Shown: in pieces, positions 53,091 through 54,561 of the stretch | How the letters are laid out: every line of letters starts with the position of its first letter | How positions within the stretch are numbered: the stretch's first letter is position 1 | DNA from: an uncultured archaeon | GTDB taxonomy: Archaea; Altiarchaeota; Altiarchaeia; IMC4; CAZEGI01 | Reading direction: 5' to 3' | DNA length: 54,561 bases | Assembly (NCBI GenBank): GCA_964512105.1 | Contig: CAZEGI010000004.1 | Coordinates: forward strand, 5,692 to 60,252 | Position numbers and translations under genes: made by a program | The notes under the pieces: generated by a model | The model's input: the letters and a program-made list of their open reading frames with translations, nothing else | Databases searched by the model: none | Told to the model about the DNA's origin: nothing

Positions 53091-53357
53091 ATGGGATCTG
53101 TTGTAATCCACTACCCGCGGCTGGATACTGTTTTCATGATAGAGGATGCTATAAAGAAGTCAAGAAATTACCCCACCAAAACCCAGTTATGGCGCAGCCT
53201 TCCAAAGAAGGTGATGTATCAAACATTCAACATGGTGCTAAGGTATCTCGAGGATTCAAACAAAATTGTTATTGACAAGGATGGAAAGGTAGTCTGGGTT
53301 TTCGCAGACAATCCAAATATAAAGAAGGCACTGAGGGAAAGTGTGAGGGTCATGTAA
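53091..53357 (+). CDS. small hypothetical protein, possibly winged-helix DNA-binding
   Basis: 88 aa. Tandem TTTATATA boxes at 53063-53070 and 53073-53080 suggest a leaderless transcript. The wHTH call is only an impression from ...TKTQLWRSLPKKVMYQTFNMVLRYLEDSNKIVIDKDGKVVW. Confidence 0.5.
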   Translation: MGSVVIHYPRLDTVFMIEDAIKKSRNYPTKTQLWRSLPKKVMYQTFNMVLRYLEDSNKIVIDKDGKVVWVFADNPNIKKALRESVRVM

Positions 53358-53445
53358 GGTGTATGGTGTAAGTTTAACTGCCAACTTCAATGAAGAATAT
53401 GTTAGGTTACATAAGAGGGTGATTACGCCAGAGGAAGAAGATAGT

Positions 53446-54459
53446 TTAGAAAAATGGGAATATCTTTTTAAGGAACGCTAAAATACTACTTAACAACCCT
53501 TTGTTTTCACTTATTTCTTGGTGTATGTTCTCGCATATTGAACTAGCACAGAAGTTGCTGATACACTCGTAACTATTTTGACATGCCTGACCGTCTGCAA
53601 CTTGTTCCTTCATGGAACTGTCAATATCACAGAATTTATTGCTTATCCTAATTCCAAATGGTAAACACCTTCCTTCAACTTGGCAACCACTACAGGATAT
53701 TGTTGTTGGTGTTGAAGTTTCTAAAGAAGTCTGTGTTGTTTGGATAGTTGGTGTCGTAGTTGGTTGGTTTGTTGTTCCAACCGTCGTAGGAAAAGTGGTT
53801 TGAATTGTTGTTGTGGGTTTATTTAGAATGGTGGTAGGAATAGTAGATACTATCGTTGTTTTAACGGTTGTTCGTTCAGTTGTTTCTATCGTTGTTTTTT
53901 CAGTTGTCTCCACAGTTGTCCTAGTAGTAGTTGTCCTTACGGTGCTTGTTACGGTAGTCGCTATTGTTGTTGGTACTGTGGTTGGTATAATAGTTGAAGT
54001 TGTTGGTACATCTCGAACACATAACGTATTTACACAAGTTTGATCATCACATGGACATCCAATTAACCCACAGTTTATATTAGAATATGAAGATCTTATA
54101 CAGTTTCCATCACCACTTCTACATATTTCGCCACCAGCGTAATTACAAACATCTGGATGGGTTCTACAGTCTTCTCTGCAATCACCCCAAATATCATCCA
54201 AAGAAACACATACGCCTCTTCCAGCAGTTGCTAATACTAAACAAACTTCATCTCCAGTACATAGACTTGGATCTTGCACACATGTATCTGTTGTATATTG
54301 TTGTTCAACACACATTCCAGTTAGTTCATTACAAACTAGTGGTCTGCCCCTTGAATCCTTATACTGTGAACAATCTATATCAGTAGGACATCTTGCTTGT
54401 CCTATTACTAACCCTGCTAAGAATAACAATATAAGAACAATAAATATCTGTTCTTTCAT
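53446..54459 (-). CDS. secreted/surface protein: signal peptide, Cys-rich modules, Thr-rich linker, Cys-rich C-terminal module
   Basis: MKEQIFIVLILLFLAGLVIGQA signal-like N-terminus. 25 Cys in the N-terminal module. TTVETTEKTTIETTERTTVKTT... repeats. ATG 54459, preceded by GGTGGT, preferred over GTG 54471. Visibly AT-richer than the flanking core genes. Confidence 0.7.
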   Translation of the reverse strand: MKEQIFIVLILLFLAGLVIGQARCPTDIDCSQYKDSRGRPLVCNELTGMCVEQQYTTDTCVQDPSLCTGDEVCLVLATAGRGVCVSLDDIWGDCREDCRTHPDVCNYAGGEICRSGDGNCIRSSYSNINCGLIGCPCDDQTCVNTLCVRDVPTTSTIIPTTVPTTIATTVTSTVRTTTTRTTVETTEKTTIETTERTTVKTTIVSTIPTTILNKPTTTIQTTFPTTVGTTNQPTTTPTIQTTQTSLETSTPTTISCSGCQVEGRCLPFGIRISNKFCDIDSSMKEQVADGQACQNSYECISNFCASSICENIHQEISENKGLLSSILAFLKKIFPFF

Positions 54460-54507
54460 TTTTCCAACCACCAGTTAACTATTGATATCAATATAAAAAT
54501 AACCCAT

Positions 54508-54561
54508 TTATTCCGCCATCGCCTTTCCTGCATCGATTTTTCCGAGGTCTTCCGGAACTTT
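54508..54561 (-). CDS. 3' end of an unidentified gene continuing beyond the window
   Basis: Reverse frame reads ...KVPEDLGKIDAGKAMAE* with stop at 54508-54510. Composition returns to the core-genome style. Too short to identify. Confidence 0.35.
   Translation of the reverse strand, partial: KVPEDLGKIDAGKAMAE

Noticed and set aside
53359-53481. GTG-initiated ~40-codon ORF right after the 88-aa gene (VYGVSLTANFNEEYVRLHKRVITPEEEDSLEKWEYLFKER).
   Set aside because: It has a non-ATG start without an SD, it overlaps the 3' end of the convergent secreted-protein gene by about 35 nt, and it is too short to evaluate.
1-54561. tRNA, rRNA, CRISPR arrays, transposases and integrases.
   Set aside because: Scanning the intergenic spacers by eye showed no T-loop-like GGTTCRAATCC, no cloverleaf-compatible segment, no regularly spaced identical repeats with unique spacers, and no ORF with recombinase or transposase motifs. 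This is an eye scan, not a tRNAscan or HMM run.

Overview
This is a gene-dense archaeal chromosomal segment, mostly conserved core genes on the minus strand. The archaeal call rests on a full A1AO ATP synthase gene set, topoisomerase VI A/B, split rpoB, ribosomal proteins L19e/L32e/L30e, an archaeal-type CCA-adding enzyme and archaeal PPAT. Main blocks, left to right:
- hisF, rtcA, ilvC and a PpsA-like kinase.
- atpEFABD (minus strand), divergent from atpIK (plus strand).
- secFD-atpH-atpC, then coaD-coaB, then top6B-top6A followed by a wHTH membrane protein.
- A KH-domain protein, a radical SAM enzyme and cca.
- A small RHH/RelE-type toxin-antitoxin cassette.
- secY and the distal spc ribosomal cluster (L15 to S8), joined directly to S12-nusA-L30e-rpoA-rpoB'-rpoB''-rpoH.
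- CBS and aldolase genes, then a preQ0 operon (RHH-queD-queC-queE-folE2).
- An MPE-Lhr pair, glyA and htpX.
- A terminal low-GC islet with small genes and a Cys/Thr-rich secreted protein.

I found no rRNA, tRNA or CRISPR array.

The most unusual observations:
1. A 281-bp insert between rpoB' and rpoA carries eight perfect stem-loops with 3-nt loops. It is flanked by a direct duplication of the gene junction.
2. Duplicated gene 3' ends flanking small inserts recur three times: at hisF, at cca (around the TA cassette) and at rpoB'. Differences between copies are mostly synonymous.
3. Perfect 3-nt-loop hairpins recur at gene ends across the window.
4. rpoA is unsplit although rpoB is split.
5. 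The ATP synthase and ribosomal/transcription clusters are rearranged.
6. A palindrome nest and several strongly signalled ORFs fall below the 60-aa cutoff of the ORF track.

All functional calls rest on my recognition of motifs in the translations. No database search was run.
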